Source: the human T2T-CHM13v2.0 reference genome, Homo sapiens
Direction: 5' to 3' (one strand)
Length of the DNA: 64,000 bases
Assembly (NCBI RefSeq): GCF_009914755.1
Contig: NC_060941.1
In this document: positions 43,681 to 64,000 of the stretch, in pieces
Numbering within the stretch: position 1 is the first letter of the stretch
How the letters are laid out: the number at the start of each line of letters is the position of its first letter
Translations under genes and position numbers: made by a program
The notes under the pieces: generated by a model
Told to the model about the DNA's origin: nothing
What the model saw: the letters and a program-made list of their open reading frames with translations, nothing else
The model's database searches: none

Positions 43681-46113
43681 CAAGAAGGCTGCCTGCTTCT
43701 GGAACCCAGCCCTCAAAAGATGACACTACATGTTGCCATCTCCAGCCCAGGAGTTTAGCTGGAGCCCTGCACTTTTGTATACAAGGAGAGTGATTGGAGA
43801 ATAGATCACTCTAATCTTTAATTTAGTTTTCTTCTCTGATTCTGGAAACAATACATGTTCTTTGAGAAGCTTTGTTGAGCACAGAGAAGTATTTTAAAAA
43901 CCATGCATAACCTAATTACCTGGAAGCAGCCATCATCAACATTTTGGGTTATTTCTTTCCAGTCTGTGAATTTTGTATACGGTTGAGTTTAAGTTAAAAG
44001 TGTGATGTTGCATTCAACTTCATTAATTTACTATTATAGTGTAAACATTTTATCTTGTGATAGCAACTTATAAAAAATGGCTCCTCTCCTATAAGAAAAA
44101 TCAAATGAACATGAGATTCATGGGATAGAGAAGGAACCATGTAAAAGCAGAAGCTCGAACAAGGGTCTAAGAATACAGTTCAGACTAGGGTGTCTTCAAG
44201 GGCCTTCCTGTCCCTACTGAAGACACTGGGTGAGAGAATATGTACACACATGCACAACTACGTAGAAAAAAAGACTAAAAGGCAATGAACTAAGATATTA
44301 ATGATGATGGTGTTCTAAGAGTGGGAAAGTGCAGGTAATTTTCATTTTCTGTGTTATATAATTTTCTGCGCAATACAGAAGGAAAAAGCACTGGGTCAGG
44401 ATCTAAACTATTGCTGGTGCACACTTTTATCTTTTCAAGTAACTGTTTGGGTTATCCCAGGCACTTCTCCCCTCTGGATCTTGATTTCCTGTGTGTGCTT
44501 TGAGGAAAGTATTAGTCCTGCCACCCCACTAGGTGGGTTTCAGAAGTAGAAATCCTGGGTCAGAGTGCACCTCCAAGAAGCTACCAGAAGATATGACTGG
44601 ATGACTCCCAACAATATGCCCTATAGTATCAAACGAGAAGCCTTTATGTGACACTTGGCCACTTCTAAAGAAACATTTCTGAATACTGTGTCTCGTACAT
44701 TTCTAGATAGCCTGAGTGACCTACTTTGGATTATTTTCCTTCTTCCCAACACTCTTTGAGCCCATATTTCTTCAGTAGCGAGATGATGTAGTCCAAGCAT
44801 AGACTTTGGAGTTAGACCTGGGTTTAAAGCCAGCCTACGGCTCACCTGTGCTTTCCTGTAGGCTACTCCACATCTCTAACCCTGAGTTTCTCCATCCACA
44901 AAGTGGGGCTGATCCCACCTACTCACAGGGTTATCGTGAGGTCCTGATGAAACCCTGTACCTGAAGGATTTTGCACAGTGCCTGGGAGCTAACCCTACTC
45001 AGTCAATAATATGATTTATTTATAAATAAATAGGATTACATAATAGAAGCATAGATATAATTTTGTAATGAATAAGATTGCTATTTTCCACCCCAGGTAG
45101 CATTCCATAAATGTATTACATACTCTGGAAATAGATGAAACTTTTTGGTTTTCCTAGGTATATTCCAGGCTTTAGGATCTGCTATTGTAGAGTTTGGCAG
45201 GCAAGGTCACTTTCAGCCTCTTTTATTTCTCGCTTTTGTAGATTAAGATCCAATCTCCTCTCCACTTTCATCTTTCCAAATCTCCAAACATGAATCTTTT
45301 TCATCTCCCTGCCAAGCTTAACATTAAGATTGGCTGCTCAGCTTCGACCAGGCAACAGCAGTCGTGCTTCAGAAGCTCTGATCCATTCTCTCTGCAAGAC
45401 TCAGGGGCTTAGTCCACTGTTGCTTAATAACAATACCTTATACCAGGATCATGCTTTAGACTTTTTTCAAAGCATAGTCATATCTGCTGTCGTGTTTAAT
45501 CACACCAGCAATTTTGTGGAGTGAGCAAGGCAGGTCTTCCTATTCTTCCTGGCAGGCAGTGTGGTTCCCAAAGTGGGTTTCACAGAACATGATGTCTTTT
45601 TTTTTTCTTTGCTCAAATAAGTTTGGAAAATACAGAAATAAGCAAAGCTAAGCAGGCTTTTCAAAGCCTTTACCATAATGTGCAATGCGGTTCTTCAAGA
45701 GCTAGGTGCAGTGCTTCTCACAAGCTGTTTTTTTTTTTTTTCCTTTTAACCAGAGTCACTTTTTCTAGAATATTCCATGGAATTATTGCTCCATGGACCC
45801 CACTTTGGATAAACTCATGGGGTGGGAGTTTGAGAACGCAAGCCTTGAAAAAGGGCTTGGGAGTGGGGCAAGGTAAGGTTCAAATGCAGGCACCAACATT
45901 TGCCAGCTGAGTGCTCTTGTGCAAGCTTCTTAACCTCACTGATCCTCAGTTTGCTCACCTGTAAAATGGGTGTGGTAATAGAATAGCCAGGATTAAAATG
46001 GGGAGTAAGGTGCTTAACAGGATGCCTAACAATGATAAACGTTCAATGTACTTTGGTGTTTATTATTAGTCTCTTCCTCCATGTTATCCAGGAGAAAATC
46101 AGTCTTCAGAGAG

Positions 46114-46531
46114 TGTCTTAGTTTGTTCTGTGTTGCTATAACAGAATACCTGAGACTGGATAATTTATAAAGAAAAGAGGTTTATTTAGCTCTTGGTTCT
46201 GCAGGCTGAGACGTTCAAGGCCATATCCCTGGCCTGTGATGAGGGCTTTCATAGGGCATCACGACAGAGCAGAGAAGGGCAAGAAGGAAACGGAGAAAAC
46301 CTGAGGCTTTATAACAACTGTCTCAAGGGAACTAATTCATTCCTTCAAACTAATCCAGTCTTCGAGGGTGAGAACTCACCACCATGAAAACAGCACCAAG
46401 CCATTCCTGAGGGATTCCATGACCCCAGACACCTTCTGCTAGGCACACCTCCCAACACTACCACATTGAGGATCAAATTTCAACATGAGCTTTGGTGGGG
46501 GCAAACAAACCACCTTATCCGAACCATAGCA
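46114..46531 (-). mobile_element. MST (MaLR) solo LTR
   Basis: tgtcttagtttg...aaccatagca; perfect TSD gagag. Confidence 0.9.
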
Positions 46532-47799
46532 GAGAGGTTAATTTCCCAAGCTTACATGGATCTTTAGTGGCACGGTTGAGTGTAAGTTCAAGGCTCTGTT
46601 CGCCTTTGGGAGCCATATCCCTTTGTTCTCCACTGCTCCCCTTACTCCTGCTAACCATCCTTGGTGTTTCAATTCCATTTCCTTTGGCAGATGTTGGGAC
46701 TTTGTGAGCTTCAAGTGTAAATGACAGGGTTTGGCTAACTGCTATTAATATAAAAATACTATCAGTACAACGTCACTAGCACTTCCCACCAGTCGGCAGC
46801 AGCCTTGCCCTGGACCTCTGCTAGGAGTTGGCTTCTCTTCCCCAGGACCTGGGTTCTGCCTGTTATGATGCTACCCCACCTTCAGTCAGAATGGGATGCT
46901 GTGGTTTCCCATTTTTCCAGCTCGCAAACTCTGCAAGCGGCAACACCTCTGATTTTGTTGCCTCTTCCTCAGCTGCAAGCACAGGGCTTATAGGCGCTTT
47001 ACTAGATACTCATGCTAGATACAAACTGTCCTGCTCCCCTCTGCCCACGCTGTTGCATGGAGAATGATTTGGCTGGGTGGAGAGGGCTGTTTGGTGTTTC
47101 ATTTCTCCCTCCTTTGTCAAAGCCAACACAGGAAGGATCATTGTGGCTTAAAGCCCTGTGCTCTTCAGCCTTGCAAACATGGACATAGACTCACACATGC
47201 CTCCAGGAAGCCAATATATGGCTCACTCTGTAGATCAATCAACTTTCCCATGATCAACTGCTAGAGCAGGGCCGGCGCTGTGGAATCAGGGCCAGCGTGC
47301 ACCCCTCAACCCCTTCTCACAAAGAGGCTCTAAACTCTGCCACTCTCCTCCTACAGTCAACTCAGACTCTGCAGACAAATCTGGCTTCTGTCCATTTTCA
47401 GCTGCCTCAATACCCACCTGTGCCTCAAATCTCAACTGGAACATGATACCATCCCTGGGGCAGGGCCCTAGGACTCCACTGGAGCCCTGATATTGGTGGA
47501 CTGCACCGAAGCACTGCTGCACCTCTTTCCCAAACATCACTAACATCCAGTTTCAAAAGTTCTGACTTTGCAATATTGCAAGGTGCCAGTGAAAGATGCC
47601 GACAGGATAGCAAACTTGCAGCCAAGGGTGGCTTGGGTGACACAACCTTTCTGAGTTGCCCCAGGCCTCATTCTCTTCTAGAGATGGCTCTGCCTGCCCC
47701 CTCCAGCCCCACTGGATGACCCCTTCTGGGCCCTTGTCATATCCTGGGCTTTCCCCATCATAGCAGTTGCTACATTACAATGCCATCAACTGTTTGCTT

Positions 47800-48140
47800 G
47801 GCACAGCACTTCTCAGATTTTAGTAGGCAGACAACTCACCGGGATCCTGTTAAAATGCAGATTTCAATTTAGGATGTTGGAGAGGCCAGAGAGTCTACTT
47901 TTCTAACCAGCTGCATGGTGATGCCTACATGGCTGGTCCATGGACCATACTTTGAGTAGCGAAGATCAGTTGTTTTGAACTTTGGCTACACATTAGAATC
48001 ACCTGGCAGAATTTAAAAAATACCATTGTCCAGGCCCCACTTGAGCTCAATTGTATCAGAATCTCTTGGAGCAGCACCAGGGTATCAGGGATTTTTAGAC
48101 ACTTCCTAGGTGATTCTAGATTACAGCCAGAGCACAGAAG
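47800..48140. mobile_element. Two MER5-family DNA transposon remnants
   Basis: gttaaaatgcagatt, gctggtccatggaccatactttgagtagc, tttggctacacattagaatcacctgg. Confidence 0.75.
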
Positions 48141-48769
48141 CCCTGAGACTGGCTATGGGCTCCACGGGGGCTGGCATCCATCTGCCTTGCTCTCCACTGT
48201 TTTCCAGCTCCAAGTCCAGTGCCTGACCCTGGCAGATATCAGCAGGTGGGGCTTGTGGTTGACCTTGCTTAGACACTTAGCTTCTCTTTTTCTCGTTCAT
48301 TGCTGGCCCCTGCCGATACAGCGTGCTGAGCAGGTAAGAGTCAGCCCATTTCTGATTAGGTGGATTTAGGAGGCTGTTGCACTTGGACTGTGGTATGGCT
48401 TCTTTACTTGTGTTGACCAAGTGCTGCAACTTATTAGAGTCACATGAGGAGGACACTTTCCTCCAAGAAATCTTCCCTGCCTCTCTACTCCTTCCCAAGG
48501 CTGCTGCCATTTTCCTGTCTGGAGCTGGCATCTCTCACAGAGACTATTTGAGCCTCAGAATCCTTTTCAACACAGAGAAGCTCACCCAGCAGAGTTGTCT
48601 CCTCCATTCTTCCTCTCTACTTCCTGGACAGGTCTCTACCACAGCCCTCAATAGGTCGCATTTAATTGCTTTGGGGGTGCCTTTGTTCTTCTAGATGGGA
48701 AACCCTTCAATGGCAAGGATAGTGTCATGTTCATTTTTGTATCTCCCATGTCTGGCACAATGGGTTGCT

Positions 48770-48801
48770 GAATGAATGAATGAATGAATGAATGAATGAA
48801 T
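48770..48801. repeat. (GAAT)n, L2 tail-derived
   Basis: gaatgaatgaat run. Confidence 0.9.
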
Positions 48802-49117
48802 GGCAGTACCCAGCAAGGGGACTCCCAGAGAGGACAAGGGGGTCCTTGCAGTGGCATGCCAAGAACGCTCTGAATTGCTGCGGGGTTAGGGGGAGGGTGG
48901 CACCTCTGTTGCAGTGACCTGGTGTCCAGGGGGTTGCCTGGTGGTCTTTACCCATCCATTGAGCCAGGTTGGGGTTTGACTTTAGTTACTGGCTCCTCAT
49001 CTTCGTCTTCTCAGAGCCGTGGGTACTGCCACCTGCTCACCCACTCTCCCTAGCCCCAGAGCGCAGTCCGTGCTGGTGGGAGCGTGGCGACTAGTTGCAC
49101 AGCAACGGTCCAGGAAG

Positions 49118-57020
<7,903 letters not shown>

Positions 57021-58509
57021 GCCTCGGCCGCCCCCATCCCTGGACTGTGGGTGGCCAGACAACCCTTCCTGTTCTCTCCAGGTGACCCCTGAGCCCCAGG
57101 CCTGTGGTTGACAGGCCCAGGCCACCCATGCTTAGCTGTTGTCACTTGACCCCAGTCCTCTCCCTGCTTCTCCAGAAGGGCTCTAACTGCCCCAGCATGG
57201 GTGTGGGAGTCTGGAGTCTGTGGGCAAGCTGATTGTCTGGGAACATGGGAGAAGCCCCGCCCATGTGAGTGCCAATCACAGCAGTGGCTCCAGGAAGCCA
57301 GCAGCTCCCCCCCAAGCCCAGGAGACACCGATGTTCCCTTTGTATATTCTTCCTGCACCCCCCAACTTCATGGCCCTGGGCCAGGGCCAGCTCTGAGATG
57401 CCAAGCTCCTTACACAGATGCAGCTGGACTCGTGCACTTGCCAACTGGCCTGGCCATTCACATTCAAGATCTGCACCATCTGGCCGAAAGGTGACTCTGA
57501 TATAGAGGTCTGGCTGACTTAGACATGTCAAGCTGTCAGTGTTCCTTCTGAACTCCTTTCTCCTTGTCACCCCTGTCCCTCCACATGACACACCTGTCCA
57601 TGCTCTTCCCTCCCTGACACAGGCTGTGGTGAACTTTTTCTCCTTTCCTCACACCAGAACTCAGCTGCCCTGGGCCCTGGCACTAAGGGACTAAGGGTGG
57701 CTCTGAGGCCACACTGATGAAGTCACAAAGAGGTGTTAATGGCTGAAGACATCCTAATATGTATGGCCCTTTGATAACATATTTTACAGGAGCCTTTTAT
57801 GCCTTAACCCAAATAACTGATTCTGACAATGAGAATTTTAGAATCGGGCTGGTCTGAGTTCCTATTATCAGACACTGTTTCTGGTCCTGGGGATACTGTC
57901 CCCTTACAAGGGTAATATTTCCGGACCAAGGCCCTAAGATGGAATCTTGTAGACATCTGTCTAAACCACCTAAGTGGAAGGTTGCCTTCGAAGAGGCTGC
58001 CTGGGAGTGGGAGCTGGATTTGAGGACACCTGGTGCAGCTTGAGTGCAAACAAAGGCAGACTTGGAATAATCCAGCTGCTCTCCGAAGGCTGCCTGTGAA
58101 CATTGGGGGGTTGCCAATTTAATCCTAATATAGAGGAGTGTCTGCTTCCTGGGTGTAGGACAGATGTGGGCAAATCAGATTTTTCCAGAAGACCAGGCAG
58201 TGTGACACCCATTCTTCTGGTGGGAAACCGGAGCCAGGAGGGTTTCAATTACCCTCCGTAAGTCCACAGAAGCCACTGCAAGCCATGCCCCCCTTCAGTT
58301 CTCCAAGTGTCAGCTTAGCTTAGATGTTTTTGGTTTTGAGATTTTGAGTAGCAAAACAATGCTGTGTGTCGCTGCTGTGCCCGCTCTCTTCTTGCCCTCT
58401 TTAAGACGCCGCTAGGTTCTGAGAACAGAAAGCCATGGTGGCGACACGTGGGCTCCAGCACGTAGTCCAGAAAGCTGCACGTCTGGTGTGCGCAGCCTTG
58501 GAGAGGCGG

Positions 58510-58917
58510 TGTGTCAGGCAGCCGGGCTGCCGCAATGAACTACCACAGACTGAGTGGCTTAAATAACGCACATGAATTTTCCTACAGTTCTGGGTACCGG
58601 AGTCCAAGATCACGGTGTTGGCAGGATTGGTTTCTTCTGAGGCCTCTGTCCTTGGCTTGCAGACGGCTACCTTCCCGCTGTGTCCTCATGTGGTCTGTGT
58701 GCCCGTGTCCCTGGTGTCCCTCAGTGTGTCCACATTCCCTCTCCTGGTGTCCAAGGACACCAGTCAGATTGGATTCGGGTCCATCCCCGATTAATTGGTG
58801 GTTAATTTTCATGAAATAACCTCTTTAAAGGCTCTATCTCCAAATACAGTCATGTTCTGAGGTACTGAGGGTCATTCTACAAATGAATTTAGGGAAGACA
58901 GAGTTTAGCCCATGACA
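58510..58917 (-). mobile_element. MLT1A/B-like LTR
   Basis: taccacagactgagtggcttaaa...ctatctccaaatacagtca...tagcccatgaca. Confidence 0.85.
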
Positions 58918-59854
58918 GGTATTTTGTTGCTGGATTCTTCCATTTGTCTCACAGCATGGTGGAGGAGAAGGGTAAGAGAAGCCAGTTCTGGTCCCAATTC
59001 AGCCACTCATTCACCACGAATCCTTGGGCAACACCCTTCCACTCTGAGGGGCTTGGCCTAAATGGTTTCCAAGCCCACTCCCCTCCCACCCACCCACAAC
59101 TCCAATGACTCAGCCTCCTGTGGGAGGCTCTCTGTTGCTTTTGTATGTGACTTTTCAATCCTTGCCTATAAACTGATAGCAACTGCAAGGCCCCCCTCCC
59201 TCTCCACTGGCACCCTTGCAATGACTGTTGTATTCTTCAGTTACTGTTTACAGAATAATACCAAAACCATGTTCTCCTCACCGCAAAGTAAAGGAATCAG
59301 TTTTTGTGCTTGGAGACAGATAGCGTTTCCGAACTGGACAATCATTTAGGTAAGCGCTATTCCAATTTTTATCAATGTAATTAGCTCCTAATTGCACTTT
59401 TCTCTCTCTAGAACACTCTTTCTCTGTCACTGTGCCAGGCTTGTTTTTGGTGCACCTGGAAAAAGTAGAATCCACTCCTAAATACAAGTTGATTGTGGAC
59501 TCAGACATCACTAGGTTCGGTCTTCACTGGCCCTGATGCTGAGCTGCTAAATGAAGGAGCCCTTAGCCTGGGAAGATGTGGTTTACACGCATCTTAGGAA
59601 CAGGTTCTCGGTCATTACCTGTTTGGGGGTGGGTGCATGTGTCAATAATCACATCACCATCACAATTTCCTTTCTGTCTATAAATTCATCTCCGAATCAG
59701 GGCCTAGTTGCAGCCTCTCCTCAATCAGGAGACTTTTACCAAACGTTAACATGTACAAACTCAACTCAGAAATCATAAATTAGGGTCTCTTCTTCAATAT
59801 ACATTCTGATCTTTTGTTTCCTCAAGCACTGTAAAAAAATGGGAGGGGTAGACT

Positions 59855-59887
59855 AATAAACCCAAGTGTCATGATTTATGGAATAAA
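59855..59887 (+). terminator. Tandem candidate poly(A) signals
   Basis: AATAAA at 59855-59860 and 59882-59887, TGTA upstream (~59752, ~59830), T-rich tract at 59964. Confidence 0.45.
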
Positions 59888-59963
59888 ATAACTTGGGGTA
59901 ATCAGCCATTAACAGAGAACAATCTGACATTGGTTCCCCCACACCTGGAACTTACTACCCTAC

Positions 59964-61066
<1,103 letters not shown>

Positions 61067-61264
61067 TGAGTCAATGATGTCCTCCCAGCCCCACCAGTGA
61101 CCTTCAGAAGAATCATGTGTTACCAGGGCTGCATGCAGAGCTGGGGTGGGGGCGTGGGGGAAATCCATAGGTTGCCACAGGCTTATCAGTGATGTCCCTA
61201 GAGAATCACATGTAGGGGGCACCCCTCCTTAATGTTTGAGTAACTCTCCCTTCTCCCTAGATAC

Positions 61265-61691
61265 AGGTGGTCTATCAGGGTTCTCCAGAAAAACAGAATC
61301 AACAGGATGAATATATAGAGAGAGAAAGATTTATTTTAAGGAATTAGCTCAAGAAGTTGTGGAGACTTGGTGAGTACAACCAAAATCTGATGGCAGAGGC
61401 TGGTTGGGCTGGAGACCCGGTGAGGACTTGCAGTTCAAGTCCAAACTTGCAGTCTCCTGGCAGAAATCCTGGCTGCTCAGGGGAGGTCAGCCTTTGTTCT
61501 ATTCAGGCTTTCAGTGCAGTGGTTGAGGCCCACCGACGTTAGAAAAGGTAATTGCTTTACTCAGTGTCCACTGATTTAAATGTTAGTGTCATCCAAAACA
61601 CACCTTCACAGGACAGTTAGAAAAATGTTTGGCCAAATATTTGGGCAGCACCATGGCCCAGCCACACTGACATGTAAAACTAACCATTGTA
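61265..61691 (-). mobile_element. MLT2 LTR
   Basis: tcagggttctccagaaaaacagaatcaacagg...catgtaaaactaaccatt. Confidence 0.85.
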
Positions 61692-62819
61692 AGTGGAGAA
61701 AGGACAGCGGAGGCCGGGGGAGCCACATTCCACCTAAGGCCTGAGCAAATTGGCACCTGGGCTCTGTTCCTTCACCAGCTGCCTGGATTTTGGGTATGAG
61801 GGCCAATTGGCAGCTCTCCAAGTCTTGACTTTCTCCGCACACTCAGTGAACCACTTTCATATGCTCGTGTGACACTTGGAAGTTAACCTGCCTTTGGAAC
61901 ACAGCACTCTGCCTAGGGAGTAGGTGCACAGGTGGATGGATGAGTGGATTCTGTCTAATGCACCTGTGCCTGAGGCCCGGCTAGCACTGTGAGTGTGGGT
62001 TCATCCATGGTAGCAGTGGCTGCTCCAGTGTGCCATAGAAGAGACGAGGCTCAGTGGTCACCACTACAGGGGGTGGAGGGTGGTACGCTGGAGCCAGTCA
62101 GAGCCCTCACCAGGGCTGCTTTTGCTCTTTGGGTTCCAGGCATGCAGATGAGTGAATAGGAACTGGGCAGGTGCCCCTCTAGCATCCACGTCTCCCAGGA
62201 CAGGTGCTAGGGCCTCATGTCCTTGGTACTGGCAGAGCTGAGGTCTCTGGAGTCTCACATCCCTGAACCAGGATCCTGGACCTCTGCTCTGTGACCTTGG
62301 ACATATCACATCCTTCTGGGCCTGCCTCCACCTTCTGGTGTGTGAAGCCAGGACTCCCTGTGTGCTCACTGTGGGGCTAAGGTTTTCTGCCCCAGGTGGC
62401 CCCATCCTTGAAGGTTTGCATGCGTGGGCTCTCTGTCCTGCTGGTTCAGAGGCCTGAGTTCTCATCAGGTGCTGCTGCACCCTCTGTGTGTTACCAGCAG
62501 CCCTCGGAACTTCTGTCTTTTCATTCCTGTAATGGGGGAGTGTAGATAAAATCACCTCATCAGGCTCTATCCCCAGACTCTATACCCAACTCTAGAGGCT
62601 GTAAGTTTTACAAGCAAAATGCAACCAAGCTCAAGTAGTAGACTCCTCCCAGCCCCTGCCTCCTGATGGAGGCACCCAGATGACAACACTCCAAAGAATG
62701 TGGAATTTAGCTAAGAGATCAGATACTTGCAGCACCCCAAGGAAGAATAAGATTTATGCATAATGGAGTGCACATGGCAGGCAGTAGCAGTGGGGAGACA
62801 GTTGGAGGAAGGCAGAATT

Positions 62820-63803
62820 CTGCTGCCTTTATCCACGAGTGGGTAGCAAGATGGCAACAGTGATTCCAAACATCCTATCAAGATGCAACAGCTTCAGAGG
62901 GAAGAGAAGGGTGGTCTTTTTCTCTATGTTTTTCTAAGGAATAAAGACAACTTTCCCAGAAGCAACCCCAGCAGACTTCATGTCATGTCTCATTGGCCAA
63001 AACCAAGTCACATGCCCATTCCTAAACCACAATCTGGCAAGGGGAACAGGGTGGCCATGTGCTCCAGTTTATTAATATACAAGCAATTGCCCCAAAATTT
63101 AGTAGCTTAAGACAGCAACAATCATATCATGATTATTTCTGACAGCTTTAGGGGTTGGCTGGGCTCAGCAAGGCTGTTCTCACTCAGGATCTCCCAGGCA
63201 GTTGGAGTCAGACAGTGGCTGTCATTTCAAAGGCTTCCCTGCTCATTGGTGTGGCAATTGCATCCACTGAGACTTCAGCTAAGGTTGTCACTAGAACATC
63301 TTTGCACACGGTCTCTTCTTAAGGCCTGGTCTTCCTCATAGGGTGACAGCTTTGTTTTAAGAGTGAGGGTCCCAAGAGACAGGCAGAAGCTTCATTGCCT
63401 TTCTGGAAGCAGCCTTTGAAGTTACCTGATGTCATTTCCATCATAATCCCCAGACAACCTAGGTTTATAGAGAAGAGAACATAGATCCCACCATCTCAGA
63501 TGTGAGGAGTGTCAGAGTTCCATTGTGAGGAACACATGAGAGATGGGATCTATGGTAGCAACCACCTTTGAGAAACACGATCTGCTGTACCATGACTGGC
63601 TTTGACTAGTAAGTTATTCTCCCAGCCTGGAGATTCTGAAGTTACTCTGGGGTGGGACCTGAGGGTCTGTTTCTCTTAAAAGCTTCCAGGCAATGTCAAG
63701 GCCATGATATGCTCTAGGCTCTAGGGGTTTAGTCCCAGATCTCTGAAATTTGTTTAAAGCTCTCCAGATGGTTCTAATGTGAAACCAGGGTTGAGAACCA
63801 CTG
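62820..63803. mobile_element. MLT1 LTR fragments followed by MER5 remnants
   Basis: ccccaaaatttagtagcttaagacagcaac; ccagggttgagaaccactg. Confidence 0.7.
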
Positions 63804-64000
63804 GCTTAGACCTACTGGGATTTATCACTGTAGCTGGGGATAAGGCCACCTTCTGAGTCTGGCTGGGGAGTGGTGGCATCCCAAACAAAATGCAAGAAAA
63901 GGAGGGAGAATGGTGCTGGGTGGACTCCTGAGGAGGTGGAAGCCCCAGGGACCTCCCCCCACTCCTCGCTCTGTCTCAGCCTGCACCAGCCCCACCTCCT

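Overview
Human (primate) genomic DNA containing almost all of CACNG5 (TARP gamma-5, type II AMPA-receptor auxiliary subunit, PMP22/claudin superfamily) on the + strand. It has a CpG-island promoter and non-coding exon 1 at about 6.9-7.07 kb, a ~42 kb intron 1, and five coding exons (49118-49313, 50757-50843, 52342-52482, 56296-56441, 56763-57020; 828 nt, 275 aa ending SSPC). A long 3' region follows, with no AATAAA seen until 59855. The rest is Alu, L1, L2, MIR, LTR and hAT repeats, and most ORF-track entries are spurious. The most unusual signals are RNA-processing architecture: (1) a non-Alu ~170-200 bp inverted repeat in intron 1 whose only large bulge carries an AG|GTGAG recursive-splice-like site; (2) a 27-nt copy of the exon-4 acceptor inside intron 3 followed by an in-frame stop; (3) a last intron that is open in frame and ends on its own acceptor TAG; (4) an exon 2/3 junction that regenerates a donor; (5) a stop-free leader with near-cognate starts; (6) a triple-nested Alu/LTR/Alu inverted pair just past tandem poly(A) signals. 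All regulatory interpretations are hypotheses from hand reading; repeat subfamilies and some boundaries are approximate.
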